This document shows positions 63,869-64,000 of a stretch of DNA of 64,000 nt, piece after piece (the stretch's first letter is position 1; every line of letters begins with the position of its first letter). The notes below the pieces were generated by a model that was not told the DNA's origin, did no database searches, and saw nothing but the letters and a program-made list of their open reading frames with translations. The translations under genes and the position numbers were made by a program. This DNA is from Chrysomallon squamiferum (Eukaryota; Animalia; Mollusca): assembly GCA_012295275.1 (NCBI GenBank), contig CM022665.1:4030001-4094000 (forward strand), in the 5' to 3' direction.

Positions 63869-64000
63869 CTGGTTAAATCAAAATAAAATACAAATAATAC
63901 TTTTAAAAAGATAAATAATTTGGAAGATGTTTAGTAAACGTAACTGATTCTCTGTAAGAAAATCATTTTAAATTTAAAACAAAGCCATGTGCTGAAATCA

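Overview
Eukaryotic, very AT-rich, microsatellite-dense animal DNA. A lophotrochozoan, probably a mollusc, is inferred from the gene content. Most ORF-track entries are simple-repeat artefacts, so I rebuilt the real genes by hand from splice sites. Bases 1 to ~19,500 contain no gene I can support, but they keep CpG-rich islands. Six intron-containing genes follow. (1) Minus strand: a secreted Cys-rich mosaic protein (signal peptide, G/F/R/P-rich tract, 6-Cys module, lustrin-type module, two WAP domains) with an apparent 1-nt frameshift. (2) OARD1/TARG1 macrodomain. (3) A MADF/BESS-type DNA-binding protein. (4) SNRPE on the minus strand, with a clear U12 first intron. (5) CAPS2, 18 coding exons. 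(6) The 3' part of a KIAA2012-like coiled-coil gene on the minus strand. Also seen: two candidate MITEs, decaying tandem copies seeded from exon ends, a long palindrome, a near-perfect miR-7 complement and a mosaic CpG-depletion pattern. No CRISPR array, rRNA, tRNA or prokaryotic system is visible. I found no single clearly new system; the WAP/lustrin mosaic gene and the exon-seeded arrays are the best leads.
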